From Vicinamibacterales bacterium (GTDB lineage Bacteria > Acidobacteriota > Vicinamibacteria > Vicinamibacterales > Vicinamibacteraceae): DNA of 64,000 nucleotides. The stretch is from NCBI GenBank assembly GCA_963840865.1, contig CAWJAP010000024.1:40862-104861 (forward strand). Direction: 5' to 3'. Made by a program: the position numbers and the translations under genes. Position 1 is the stretch's first letter, and the number at the start of each line of letters is the position of its first letter. Of the stretch, positions 10,141 through 19,771 are shown piece by piece. The notes beneath the pieces were generated by a model. That model saw only the letters and a list, made by a program, of their open reading frames with translations, did no database searches and was not told the DNA's origin.

Positions 10141-11289
10141 ATGGAACGACGGGAAACGACCGACCTCGTCCGCGCCTACGACGAGGCGCGCCGCCAGGGC
10201 CACCGCGCGGCGCTCGCCACGGTCGTCCGCGTCCATGGCTCCGCCTATCGCCGTGAGGGCGCGCGGATGCTGGTCCGCGACGATGGCGCCATCACCTGCA
10301 TGTTGAGCGGGGGCTGCCTCGAGCCCGAGGTGGCCGAGGTCGCCCGGCGCGTCCTCGCATCGGGCCGACCCGAGCTGCGGCACTACGACCTCGAGGAGGA
10401 GGCCGTCTGGGGGCTCGGTCTCGGGTGCGGCGGGACCGTCGACGTCTACATCGAACCGGTTGCCGAGTCGTCGCTGGTCGCCGAATGGCTCGAGGTGCTG
10501 AGGCGCGGCGAGTCGGGCGTGCTGGCCACGCGGCTCGATGCGCCGGGCGCGCGCCTGCTCGTCGGGCCGGACGGATCGACGGCGGAGGCTTCAGGTCCGC
10601 TGGCCGGCGGAACGAGTGATGAGGAAGGGTTCGGCGACCTTCAATCGCGCGTGGTCGACATCGCTCGGGAGCTCGCGAGCCGGACGCACCCCCGGTCGAC
10701 CACCCACGCCCTGTCGACAGCGAACGAGCGGGTCGACGTCTTTTTCGATGTTTCGGGCCCGCCACCCGAGCTCGTCATCTTCGGCGCCGGCCACGATGCC
10801 ATCCCGCTCGCATCGCAGGTGGTCGACCTCGGCTGGCCCGTCACCATCGTCGACGCGCGCCCGGCCTTTACGACGCCCGAGCGGTTCCCGGGGGCCCGGC
10901 TCGTGCTGGCGCAGCCGCCCCAGTTCGGCGCGTCCGTCGAGCTCGGCGAACGATCGCACGTGATGGTGATGAACCACCATCTCGATCGCGACCGGGCCGC
11001 GCTCGCCTTTGCCCTGGGGTCGGGTGCGCCGTGGATTGGCGTGCTCGGACCGCGTGCGCGCTATCAGCGGCTGCTCGACGGCCTTGCCGACGAGGGCTAC
11101 GTCCCGCCGCCCGGCGCGCTCGACCGCGTACGGAATCCTGTCGGCCTGGACATCGGGGCCGAATCTGCCGAAGAGGTGGCGCTCTCGATCGTCGGCGCGC
11201 TCGTGGCCGAGCGCCGCGGATTCCGCGGCGGCCAGCTGGATGGCGTCACGGGACGAATCCACGAGCCTCACCGGAATTCGGCCGGCTAG
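10141..11289 (+). CDS. xdhC: XdhC/CoxF-family molybdenum cofactor insertion accessory protein
   Basis: ATG 10141 in frame with ORF 9595..11289. ALATVVRVHGSAYRREGARMLV, CMLSGGCLEPEV, GLGCGGTVDVYIEP, and Rossmann-like ELVIFGAGHDAIPLA in the second half. Intact. Confidence 0.8.
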   Translation: MERRETTDLVRAYDEARRQGHRAALATVVRVHGSAYRREGARMLVRDDGAITCMLSGGCLEPEVAEVARRVLASGRPELRHYDLEEEAVWGLGLGCGGTVDVYIEPVAESSLVAEWLEVLRRGESGVLATRLDAPGARLLVGPDGSTAEASGPLAGGTSDEEGFGDLQSRVVDIARELASRTHPRSTTHALSTANERVDVFFDVSGPPPELVIFGAGHDAIPLASQVVDLGWPVTIVDARPAFTTPERFPGARLVLAQPPQFGASVELGERSHVMVMNHHLDRDRAALAFALGSGAPWIGVLGPRARYQRLLDGLADEGYVPPPGALDRVRNPVGLDIGAESAEEVALSIVGALVAERRGFRGGQLDGVTGRIHEPHRNSAG

Positions 11290-11500
11290 TCCTCTTGCCG
11301 GGGTTGCTGCAGTGCACGAGCACGTGCCGGGTGATTTCCTCCGAGAGGGAGGGTTTTCGCCCAAGCCGAAGGTGTGAAGGATCTCGTGGATGAACGCCGC
11401 CACAATGTATTCGCGGCGGACTGGGCGTTTGGGCGGGCCGCAGGTTCGTGGCTCCGGGGCCCGGAGGTCCGGATTCTCGACCGCGGCATCGAGATGGCAT
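11246..11500 (-). pseudogene. small HExxH zincin-like ORF, frame-disrupted, function unknown
   Basis: Hand translation gives REYIVAAFIHEILHTFGLGENPPS in one minus frame and EEITRHVLVHCSNPG in another. No clean start codon in the HExxH frame. Confidence 0.25.
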
Positions 11501-11561
11501 GGGCCGTCAGCGATCGGGGTTCGCTGACCCTCCGATCGGCGAGCAGACCGTTTCCAAACTG

Positions 11562-12041
11562 CTACAGACGACAGACCTTCTCGGCCGTCGAGACCTCGAG
11601 CTTGCCCGGCGCGTCGACGTTCAGTTCCTTGACCGTCCGATCCTCCACGACCATCGAATAACGACGGGACCGCGTGCCCATGCCGAACCGCGAGCTGTCG
11701 GAGTCGAGACCGATGGCCTTCGCGAAGTCGGCGTTGCCGTCGGCCAGCATCAGAATCCGGTCGCCGACCGCGTTGGCCTTCGCCCACGCGCTCATGACGA
11801 AGATGTCGTTGACCGCCGTGCACGCAATGAGGTCGACCCCCTTGGCTGTGATGGCGTCGTGCTGAGCGAGATAGCCCGGCAGGTGAAGGTTGTTGCAGGT
11901 GGGCGTGAAGGCGCCGGGCACCGCAAAGAGGACGGCCTTCTTCCCCGCGAAGACCTCCTGCACCGTGCGGGGTGCGGGGCCGTCGGCTGTCATGACCGTG
12001 AACGTGCCGTCTGGCAGGCGATCTCCAACCTGAATAGGCAT
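11562..12041 (-). CDS. peroxiredoxin (Prx5-like, AhpC/TSA family)
   Basis: Intact 159-aa ORF. Peroxidatic Cys motif FAVPGAFTPTC. ILMLADGNADFAKAIGL. Confidence 0.9.
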   Translation of the reverse strand: MPIQVGDRLPDGTFTVMTADGPAPRTVQEVFAGKKAVLFAVPGAFTPTCNNLHLPGYLAQHDAITAKGVDLIACTAVNDIFVMSAWAKANAVGDRILMLADGNADFAKAIGLDSDSSRFGMGTRSRRYSMVVEDRTVKELNVDAPGKLEVSTAEKVCRL

Positions 12042-12305
12042 CTCGACTCCCGGAAGGTTCGAGCCTGTCAGCTCGAGCGGTTCGAGGCTCTGGGCAATGC
12101 CCGGCCGCCGACGATCCTATGCGATCCGCAGGAGGGCGGGGCTTCAGCCCCGCCATCAGGGGCCACTGCCCGACGGCCGGGGGCGGGACTGAAGTCCCGC
12201 CCTCCTGCGACGGCCAGGTCCCGCCGTTCCCATGACGGCTCGCGAAGAGCCGATTCCCATTCGTTCCGCACATTCCCTGGTGTGGAGGTTCTTTTGACGC
12301 AGCAG

Positions 12306-12974
12306 ATGGGGGATCACGTCCGGGAGCACGGCAGCGTGCTGGCGCGGGTCGAGAAGCAGGCATTGGTCTGGATGGCGGAACGCATGCCCCGCGCCATCAA
12401 CTCCGACCATTTGAGCGGACTCGGGCTCGGTGCGATGGCTCTGGCGGGTGCGTCGTTCGCGCTGGCCCGGCTCGAACCGCTGGCGCTGTGGGGCGTGGTG
12501 GTCGGACTGTTCCTCAACTGGTTCGGTGACAGCCTCGACGGCACGCTCGCCCGCGTCCGGCGACAGCAGCGGCCGCGTTACGGCTACTACGTCGATCACG
12601 TCATCGACATTCTCGGGGCGAGCTTCCTGCTGGGCGGCCTCGCGCTCTCAGGCTTCATGACCCCGGTGGTCGCGCTCGTCCTGCTCGTCGTCTACCTGCT
12701 CGTGTCGGCGGAGGTCTACCTCGCCACGCACGCGGGTGGCGTCTTCAGGATGGCGTTTCTCGGCTTCGGCCCGACCGAGCTTCGCATCGTCCTGGCCGCC
12801 GGCACCCTGTTCCTCTTCCGCAGCACCGTGGCGAGCCCGTTCGGACTCGGCCCGTATCTGCTGTTCGACGTGGGCGGCGTCGCGGCCATCGCGGGGATGA
12901 GCGTTGCGCTGGTGGCCGCAATCGTCCGCAACACGCGGCGGTTGTATCTCGCCGAACCACTCCCCGGACGATGA
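12306..12974 (+). CDS. CDP-alcohol phosphatidyltransferase family protein
   Basis: ATG 12306 in frame with ORF 11448..12974. Signature GDSLDGTLARVRRQQRPRYGYYVDHVIDIL (D-G-x2-A-R ... D-x3-D). Multiple TM segments. Confidence 0.85.
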   Translation: MGDHVREHGSVLARVEKQALVWMAERMPRAINSDHLSGLGLGAMALAGASFALARLEPLALWGVVVGLFLNWFGDSLDGTLARVRRQQRPRYGYYVDHVIDILGASFLLGGLALSGFMTPVVALVLLVVYLLVSAEVYLATHAGGVFRMAFLGFGPTELRIVLAAGTLFLFRSTVASPFGLGPYLLFDVGGVAAIAGMSVALVAAIVRNTRRLYLAEPLPGR

Positions 12975-14116
12975 CCTCGATGCTGCCGATGCCACAGGTT
13001 CTTCGCCGCTACGCGAGCTACAGTGCCGTCGGCGCGATGGGCACTGCCGTTCACCTCGGCGCCCTGAGCGCGCTGGCTCGCGCGGCGGGACTTCACCCCG
13101 CCGTGGCGAGCCTCCTGGCGGTCGAGCTCGCATTGCTGCACAACTTCTGCTGGCACGAGCGATGGACCTGGGCGGATCGCGGTCCCGGGCACCGTCGCCT
13201 CGAGCGGCTGCTTCGCTTCCATGGCGCGAACGGCCTGGCGTCGCTGACGGGGAACGCGATTCTCGTCCCGCTGTTCGTGCAGGCCGGGCTCCCGGTCGAG
13301 GGCGCCGGCATCGCCGCCATCATGGCGTGCTCGATCGTGAACTTCCTGCTCGCCGATCGTGTGGTCTTCACGGGTGCCGCGGCCATCGTCGCGCTCGGGG
13401 CCGTAGCGGCGCCGGCCTCCGCGGGTCCCAGCGCCGTCGCGCTCGACGGCTGGCGCGCGTACATCCAGGCCGTCGAAGCCAGACGGTCGACCGAGCGCGC
13501 GCCGATGGCGTCGATGCCGGCCGCGAGCCTGCGTGCACTGCATGCGGGTCGAATCGAGGTGGAAGAGCTCGCCGCCCGCGGCGACAACGGCCAGCCGATC
13601 GAGATCGACTCTGCGAGCGTCCATCATTGGCGAGGCAGGATGTTCGTCAGCGGTGTGCATCTCGAGACGCTGCTCGCGCGCGTGCGCGATCCCGCCGTGC
13701 ATCGCGCGCAGCCGGACGTCCTCGAAGCTCGCGTCCTGCGCCAGGACGCCGACAGCCTCGATCTGTTCCTCAGGATCACGCGCTCGCAGATCGTGACGGC
13801 CACCTACGATACCGAGCATCACGTCCGGTACGGACGCCTCGGCCCGTCGCGCGCCACGGCGACGAGCGTCTCGACCCGGATCACGGAGCTGGGACGGGGC
13901 GGGGCCGACCGTGGATTCCTCTGGCGCCTCAATGCGTACTGGCGGTACGAGGAGATCGATGGAGGGGTGCTGATCGAGTGCGAGTCGGTGACCCTGAGCC
14001 GCACGGTGCCTGTCGTCCTCCGTCCGGTAGCCGGCCCGATCGTCCGCTCGTTCGCGCGGGAGTCGATGATGCGCACCCTGACGGCGCTCGGCGACGCGCT
14101 CCGACGGACATCCTGA
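12971..14116 (+). CDS. GtrA-like membrane domain fused to a C-terminal START/SRPBCC-like domain
   Basis: ATGA overlap with the preceding gene. N-terminal approx 130 aa are GtrA-like (RYASYSAVGAMGTAVHLGAL..., NFLLADRVVF). The C-terminal approx 240 aa are soluble (HHWRGRMFVSGV..., WRLNAYWRYEEIDGGVLIECES). Confidence 0.65.
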   Translation: MTSMLPMPQVLRRYASYSAVGAMGTAVHLGALSALARAAGLHPAVASLLAVELALLHNFCWHERWTWADRGPGHRRLERLLRFHGANGLASLTGNAILVPLFVQAGLPVEGAGIAAIMACSIVNFLLADRVVFTGAAAIVALGAVAAPASAGPSAVALDGWRAYIQAVEARRSTERAPMASMPAASLRALHAGRIEVEELAARGDNGQPIEIDSASVHHWRGRMFVSGVHLETLLARVRDPAVHRAQPDVLEARVLRQDADSLDLFLRITRSQIVTATYDTEHHVRYGRLGPSRATATSVSTRITELGRGGADRGFLWRLNAYWRYEEIDGGVLIECESVTLSRTVPVVLRPVAGPIVRSFARESMMRTLTALGDALRRTS

Positions 14117-14134
14117 TCCGCGTCGAAGGATCCG

Positions 14135-14890
14135 TTATTTGTCGGCCGTGCGCCGCGGCTCGCGCCATTCCGACGCGGCGAGCGCGGAGATGCGGCCGGC
14201 CACTTCGGCGAGCCCGTAGCGGACGTGCGCCCGCATCGCCGCACCGGCCTTCTGCGGGTCGCCGCTCACGAGAGCCTCGGCGAGCGACGCGTGGAAGTTC
14301 GCCGGCAGCGGCGTCCTCCGGCCCGCCACGTCGAACAGCCAGTTGAGGATCAGCACGTGATTGCGCTCGATCATCTGGCGCAGCAGCGGGCTGCGGGCAT
14401 GCTCCGCAATCTGCATGTGCAGCTGCACGTGGTGGCTGTGCACGACGAAGTGCAGCGCCGGGTCGTCGGTGCTCGCGGCCAGCTGTCCGAAGAGGATGTC
14501 GACCTGCGCCGCAGTCCGCTTGAGCGCGAGCCGTTCGGACGGCGTCGCCCGTTCGGCGAACAACCGCGCCGACTGGGTCTCGAGCGCTTCGCGCAGCTCG
14601 TAGAGCTGCTCGACGTCGGCCTCGGTTGGAACCCGCACCCGCGTGCCGGCGCGGGCTCTCGTCTCGAGCAGCCCGTCCTCCTGGAGGCGGCGGAGGGCAT
14701 CGGTGACGGGAATCACGCTCATGCCCAGCTCGCGGGCCAGCCGCCGCCGCGACACCGGCGTGCCTGGCCGCAGCTGTCCGCGGAGGATCTCGTCCCGGAT
14801 GGCCAGGTACGCCCGATCGGCAAGGCTCACGTCGCCGCGGCCGGCCGCCGAAGGCGCGGACCGATGCCGGGTCTTGAGAGGGGTGGACAC
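14135..14890 (-). CDS. GntR/FadR-family transcriptional regulator
   Basis: ORF 14135..15145. Winged [52 protein letters not shown] plus a FadR-type C-terminal helical domain. Start GTG 14890 is chosen on length and is uncertain. Confidence 0.8.
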   Translation of the reverse strand: MSTPLKTRHRSAPSAAGRGDVSLADRAYLAIRDEILRGQLRPGTPVSRRRLARELGMSVIPVTDALRRLQEDGLLETRARAGTRVRVPTEADVEQLYELREALETQSARLFAERATPSERLALKRTAAQVDILFGQLAASTDDPALHFVVHSHHVQLHMQIAEHARSPLLRQMIERNHVLILNWLFDVAGRRTPLPANFHASLAEALVSGDPQKAGAAMRAHVRYGLAEVAGRISALAASEWREPRRTADK

Positions 14891-14960
14891 GTGCGCTCGC
14901 TTGGAGTACGAGTGGACTGTATCAGATTCGACCACGGCCGAGGATGCGAGGGGGCACGAC

Positions 14961-15359
14961 GTGAAGGACACGACTGGCGACAAGACGGACGAGCAGTGGA
15001 AGCGGGAACTGACGCCGGAGCAGTACCACGTGCTGCGGGAGCATGGCACCGAGCGGGCGGGCACGAGCCCGCTCAACGACGAAAAGCGAACAGGCGTCTT
15101 CAGGTGCGCCGGATGCGGGCAGGAGCTGTTCGACTCGACCGCCAAGTACGAGAGCGGAAGCGGTTGGCCGAGCTTTTACGCGCCCAGGGAGGGCGCCGTC
15201 GACACCAGCGCCGATCGCAGCCACCTCATGACCCGGACCGAGGTCCACTGCAGCCGCTGCGGTGGCCACCTGGGGCATGTCTTCGAGGATGGTCCCCGCC
15301 CCTCGGGGCTTCGCTACTGCATGAACGGCGTGGCGCTCGATTTCGAGCCGGAGAAGTAA
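14961..15359 (+). CDS. msrB: peptide-methionine (R)-S-oxide reductase
   Basis: GTG 14961 with GAGGGGG upstream. Zinc CxxC pairs FRCAGCGQ and [13 protein letters not shown]. Catalytic RYCMNG. Confidence 0.9.
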   Translation: MKDTTGDKTDEQWKRELTPEQYHVLREHGTERAGTSPLNDEKRTGVFRCAGCGQELFDSTAKYESGSGWPSFYAPREGAVDTSADRSHLMTRTEVHCSRCGGHLGHVFEDGPRPSGLRYCMNGVALDFEPEK

Positions 15360-15403
15360 ACCGCGCCCCGGCGGAAGGCGCCCGCCACCGCGCGTGGCGG
15401 GCG

Positions 15404-15761
15404 TCACCGCGATCGCTCCGCGCGTCGGCGAACCGCTCGCAGCCACATCCGGCGGATGAAGGCGCTGCCTGGCTGGATGGTTCGCCAGTAAAGGCCAAAC
15501 CGGCGTCGCGCGCCTGCGCTCGTCGCGTAGACACGCGTTTCGGTCGACACCATCGATCCGCCGGTCTCGTCGCCTTCGACGAGGAAGTTCGCGGCGGGTG
15601 GGCGCGGGAAGCAGCGCGCCCACGACGAAGGCCAGAAGGCCCGTTGCCAGCAGCACGACAGCCGCCCCGCCGCCCTGGAACCCGAGGCCCGTGGAAGCGA
15701 GCGCAGGAAGGCCTGCGGCGATCAGCGCGAACCCTGCGTGGACCAGGACGATTCCCAGCAC
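15404..15761 (-). CDS. small membrane protein with DUF2867-like C-terminus (1 apparent frameshift near 15595)
   Basis: MLGIVLVHAGFALIAAGLPALAS...LLAFVVGALL (frame of 14922..15761), then by hand translation ANFLVEGDETGGSMVSTETRVYATSAGARRRFGLYWRTIQPGSAFIRRMWLRAVRRRAE, stop at 15404. Confidence 0.4.
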
Positions 15762-15820
15762 GATCGAGCCACTGTACCCGCTTCCGCTGCGACCGGCCCG
15801 CGCTATGATCGGCCGCAGCG

Positions 15821-16087
15821 TTGGCCATGCTGAGCGCGATCTCGATCGGTCTGGTGATCGTCGCCGCCCTTTGGGTACTCGACCGACTGCTCGTCCGGGC
15901 TGAGCTGCGCGGTTGGATCACCTACCGGCTGACACCGCGCCCGACGCGCAGCTTCCGAGGTTCGGCGGGAGACGCCATGCTCGGGCTCGGCGTCTTCTTC
16001 AACCCGGGCGGCCGGCACGTGCAGGAGATGAAGCGGGAAGCCGAGCTCCACCGCGAAGGCGTCGATGAAGCCGGCGCCGACAGGTAG
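15821..16087 (+). CDS. small membrane protein (DUF6191-like)
   Basis: 88-aa ORF. N-terminal TM ISIGLVIVAALWVL, then FFNPGGRHVQEMKREAELHREGVDE, which resembles the DUF6191 pattern. Confidence 0.4.
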   Translation: MAMLSAISIGLVIVAALWVLDRLLVRAELRGWITYRLTPRPTRSFRGSAGDAMLGLGVFFNPGGRHVQEMKREAELHREGVDEAGADR

Positions 16088-16141
16088 GGTCGCAGCATTG
16101 CCGTGCCCTGTTGTCAACGACCAACGACCGACATCGATGCC

Positions 16142-17168
16142 ATGAGACTGACGAGTGCGTGCGTCCTGCTTTGTGGTGTGACCGTATCCGTGTCGGGGCA
16201 GACACCTGCGCCGTCATCGTCGACGCCATCGCCGTCGCGCATTCAGTTCGAACCGACTGCCGGCGTGCCGACCTTCGCGGTGCGGCCGCCGGTCCTGCGC
16301 GTCAAGCCGGGCGACATCGTCGAGTCGCGCACCTTCTCCAAGCCGGGCGACTACTACGAGCGGGCGGGCGGGGCGTGGCCGGGCGAGGTCGGGCCGTTCC
16401 ACATCGAAGGGCGCGACGCCGGACGACACGCTGGTCGTGAAGATTCTCAAGGCTGCGCCCGAATCGCGACACGGCGGTCTCGGCGGTCGACCCCGCACGG
16501 CATCAGCGCGGTGGCCGGCGACGGCCGCACGCGCATGCTCAACGATCCGCTGCCCGCGCGCCGCTTCGTCTGGCAGCTGGATCTGCCGCGCAACGTCGGC
16601 ATCCTCGATCTGCCGAACTCGGCGAGCAAGCGCATCGAGCTGCCGCTCAAGCCGATGCTCGGTCGCGTGGCGGTGGCGCCGGCCGGCGAGGAAGCCTGGG
16701 GCGGCCTGTGGCCCGGCAACTTCGGCGGCAACATGGACGCCTCCGACGTCGCGGAGGGGCGACGGTCTATCTGCCCGATCTTCCACGACGGCGCGTTGTT
16801 CTACTTCGGCGACGGCCACGCACTCCAGGGCGACGGCGAGATCGTCGGCTCGGGCCTCGAGACGACGATGGACGTGACGTTGCAGTTCGAGTTGATCAAG
16901 GGCAGGACGAATCCGCTGGCCGCGCATCGAGGACGCGACGCACATCATGGTGGCGGGCAGCATCCGGCCGCTCGTCGATGCGTTCCGCATCGCGCAGGTC
17001 GAGCTGATCGAGTGGCTCGTGGACGAGTACGGCTTCGACAAGATGGAGGCCTATCAGGTCGTGTCGCAGGCCGGCACGTCGCGCATCGCCAACGTCGTCG
17101 ATCCGAACTACACGGTCGTCGCGAAGTTCCCGAAGTCGGCGTTGCCGCCCAAGGTGACGCGTCCGTGA
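16142..17168 (+). pseudogene. acetamidase/formamidase-family (FmdA_AmdA) protein with signal peptide, at least 6 frame switches
   Basis: MRLTSACVLLCGVTVSVSG, ATPDDTLVVKILK, NRDTAVSAVDP, HGISAVAGDGRTRMLNDPLPARRFVW, GNFGGNMDASDV, FYFGDGHALQGDGEIVGSGLETTMDVTLQFELIKG, and C-terminus AFRIAQVELIEWLVDEYGFDKMEAYQVVSQAG in ORF 16947..17168. Confidence 0.75.
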
Positions 17169-18421
17169 GGGGCGCGCACGCGACAGTGGAGGACGGCCGT
17201 ACGGCCGTTCCCACGCGCGCGCGATCGAGCACGGCGCTGGTCGTCGTGGTGTCTGCGGCGGCGATGGTCGGGACGCTGCCGGGACGGACTCAGGGTCTCG
17301 GGCTCATCACGGAGCCGCTGCTCGCCGAGCTCGACCTCGGGCGCGTGCCGTACGCCACGATCAATCTCTGGGCCACATTGGTCGGATCGGTCTTCGCGCC
17401 CGGCATCGGACGGTTCATCGATCGCTACGGGAGCCGCGTCGTGGTCACGGTTCTCGCCGTGGCGCTCGGCCTCACGGTGGTCGTGATGAGCCAGGTGGCG
17501 GCGGTCGCGGCTCTGGGGGTGGCGATCACCCTCACCCGCGGTTTCGGGCAGAGCGCGCTCTCGGTGGCCAGTCTCACGCTCATCGGCCGGTCGGGCGCCG
17601 GCCGGCTGGATTCCGCGATGGCGGCCTTCAGCATCGTGATGAGCATGGGTTTCATGATCGCGTTCCCCATCGTGGGTTCGCTGGTCCAGTCGCAGGGCTG
17701 GCGCGTCGCATGGCTCGCCATCGGCCTCGCGCTCATTGCGGGATTGGCCCCGTTCGTCTGGTTCGCGCGGCAGGGCGACGATGCGCCCGAGGTCGCGGGG
17801 GATGCGGCGCAGGCGATCGGACTCGAGTGGGGCGCCGCCCTGAGGACGCCGGCGTTCTGGGTGTTCGGTCTGGGCGCCGCGATGTACGGGCTGGTTGCGT
17901 CGGGCATCGGACTGTTCAACGAGTCGATCCTCGCGGAACGCGGCTTCGACGCGTCGGTGTACTACCAGACGCTGGTCGTGACGGCGCTCTCGGCGCTCGC
18001 GGGCAACTTTCTCGGTGGCTGGCTCGCGCGAGTGTGGACGTTGACGCGACTGCTCGCGGCGTCGATGTTCGTGCTGGCGCTGGGGCTCGGCGCTCTGCCG
18101 ATGCTCACGACGCTGTGGCATGTCATGGCGTGGGCGGTCGTCATGGGCATTGGCGGCGGTTGTGTGATGGTGTTGTTCTTCACCGTATGGCCCGAGGTGT
18201 ACGGCCGCCGGCATCTCGGCCGCATTCAGGGCAGCGCGCAGGCTCTCACGGTCGTGGCATCGGCCGTCGGACCACTGCTCGTCGCCTGGGGCGTCGAGCG
18301 CACCGGTTCGTACACGCTCGTGTTCCTCGTCCTGGCAGTCGTCATCGGCGCGCTCGGGATGGGGGCGTTGGCCGTGACATTACCGCGTCGTGCTCCCGTC
18401 CACAGGAGGGCGGGGCTCTAG
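17165..18421 (+). CDS. MFS transporter
   Basis: GTG 17165 (GTGA overlap with the formamidase-like stop). About 12 hydrophobic segments in the second half of ORF 16103..18421. Intact. Confidence 0.8.
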   Translation: MRGAHATVEDGRTAVPTRARSSTALVVVVSAAAMVGTLPGRTQGLGLITEPLLAELDLGRVPYATINLWATLVGSVFAPGIGRFIDRYGSRVVVTVLAVALGLTVVVMSQVAAVAALGVAITLTRGFGQSALSVASLTLIGRSGAGRLDSAMAAFSIVMSMGFMIAFPIVGSLVQSQGWRVAWLAIGLALIAGLAPFVWFARQGDDAPEVAGDAAQAIGLEWGAALRTPAFWVFGLGAAMYGLVASGIGLFNESILAERGFDASVYYQTLVVTALSALAGNFLGGWLARVWTLTRLLAASMFVLALGLGALPMLTTLWHVMAWAVVMGIGGGCVMVLFFTVWPEVYGRRHLGRIQGSAQALTVVASAVGPLLVAWGVERTGSYTLVFLVLAVVIGALGMGALAVTLPRRAPVHRRAGL

Positions 18422-18439
18422 CTCCGCCACAAGGTCGCC

Positions 18440-18981
18440 ATGTGGCCCGAACTTGTGCTGCGCTCCTCGATCTGGATCGCACTCGCGCTTTTCGTCATCG
18501 CGGAGTACCAGGCCGCCGACCAGGCCGCGTTGCGCCATGGGCGTGGGGCGTGTGGACGGCCGGTGGACTCACGTGCGCGTTCCACATCGCATGGGCGATG
18601 GGCTGGCATCACGGGTGGAGCCACTCGTCCGCGGTCGCTGAGACGGCCGCACTGACTGCGTCCGTCTTCGGATTCCCATTTGGCGGCGGCGTGCTGGTGA
18701 ATTACCTGTTTCTCTTCGTGTGGCTTGGCGAAGCCGCGTGGTGGCGGCTCGACCCGGGGTGGCCGGCCCGGAGGCCGCGGGTGATGTGGGGGCTGCGCGC
18801 TTTCTACTTCGTGATGATCCTGAACGCGACGGTCGTGTTCACGGGCGGAATGGCGCGCGTGGCGGGAACGATCCTCGTGGTGGCGCTGGCCGCCATCTGG
18901 CTGGTCGGCGAGCGAGAGCGTGTCACCCAGCCCGACCATGCGGGAGGACGGTCGTCCCGTGGCGGAGCCTGTCTCCCGTAG
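18440..18981 (+). CDS. hypothetical polytopic membrane protein (1 apparent frameshift near 18540)
   Basis: MWPELVLRSSIWIALALFVIAEYQAAD (ORF 18440..18655) continues as WGVWTAGGLTCAFHIAWAMGWHHGW...VLVNYLFLFVWLGEAAWW in the frame of ORF 17710..18981. Confidence 0.4.
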
Positions 18982-19016
18982 AATCGACAGGTGTGAATCG
19001 TGCAGGCGGGCTCGGC

Positions 19017-19427
19017 ATGCTGCGACGCGTTGTCCTCTGCTCGCTTCTTCTTCCGCTCCTCGGCGCGTGCGACGAATCTCCGTCATCGCCGAGCGTCGGC
19101 GGTCCCGTGAATCAGACGCTCACGCTGGCGCCGGGACAGACGGCAATCGTCACGGACACGACACTGCGCATCCGCTTCGAGGGTGTGTCGCAGGATTCAC
19201 GCTGCCCCGGGGATGCGCTCTGCGTGTGGCAGGGTGATGCGACGGCCGTGTTTTCCGTCGCCGATCCTCAGGACCCCGTTCGGGTCGAGCTGAAGACGGA
19301 CGGGCCAATCGCGGCCGTGGGGCGTTACAAGCTGCAGATGCAGGCGCTGATGCCCTATCCGTTCAGCAGCCTCGGCCCCATCGACCCCGCCGACTATCGG
19401 GCCACGGTCGTGGTCGTGGCCAATTAG
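19017..19427 (+). CDS. hypothetical lipoprotein
   Basis: ATG 19017. Lipobox LLPLLGAC. In frame with ORF 18720..19427. Confidence 0.55.
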   Translation: MLRRVVLCSLLLPLLGACDESPSSPSVGGPVNQTLTLAPGQTAIVTDTTLRIRFEGVSQDSRCPGDALCVWQGDATAVFSVADPQDPVRVELKTDGPIAAVGRYKLQMQALMPYPFSSLGPIDPADYRATVVVVAN

Positions 19428-19489
19428 CAGCAGATTCCTCGCGTCGAGGTGATTGACATCAGGTCGGATGCTCCCGGTGCGCCGCGGCC

Positions 19490-19524
19490 TTGACGGTCGG
19501 TCTCGAGTTAGCTAGATTAGCTAA
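19490..19524 (+). promoter_or_regulatory. putative sigma70-type promoter with a direct-repeat operator for the toxin-antitoxin pair
   Basis: TTGACG (19490-19495), 17-nt spacer, TAGATT (19513-19518). TTAGCTA-GA-TTAGCTAA (19508-19524) overlaps the -10. The predicted start site falls at or next to GTG 19526. Confidence 0.45.
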
Positions 19525-19525
19525 T

Positions 19526-19771
19526 GTGATCACGGTCAACATGCACGAGGCCAAAACCCGGCTCTCGGAGCTCGTCAGGGCAGTCGAGGAGCGCAACGAA
19601 ACGGTCGTCCTCTGTCGGGACGGACGCGAAGTGGCTGAAATACGCCGCCGCGTCAAGCGCCGTCGTCTGCGCAATCTCACGCCTGATCCGCGCTTCCGCG
19701 TGGAGTTGGCGTCCGGCTATCGTCCGACCGAGCCGCTGACGGAGGATGAGTGGCCGGACACGTCGCGATGA
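19526..19771 (+). CDS. Phd/YefM-type antitoxin
   Basis: VITVNMHEAKTRLSELVRAVEERNETVVLCRDGREVAEI. Start is GTG 19526 or ATG 19541. Stop overlaps the VapC start (ATGA). Confidence 0.75.
   Translation: MITVNMHEAKTRLSELVRAVEERNETVVLCRDGREVAEIRRRVKRRRLRNLTPDPRFRVELASGYRPTEPLTEDEWPDTSR

Noticed and set aside
16103-18421. A single 772-aa formamidase-MFS fusion protein
   Set aside because: The formamidase-like C-terminus ...PKSALPPKVTRP* ends at 17168 in another frame, and an MFS start (GTG 17165) overlaps it. The apparent fusion is a consequence of frame switches.
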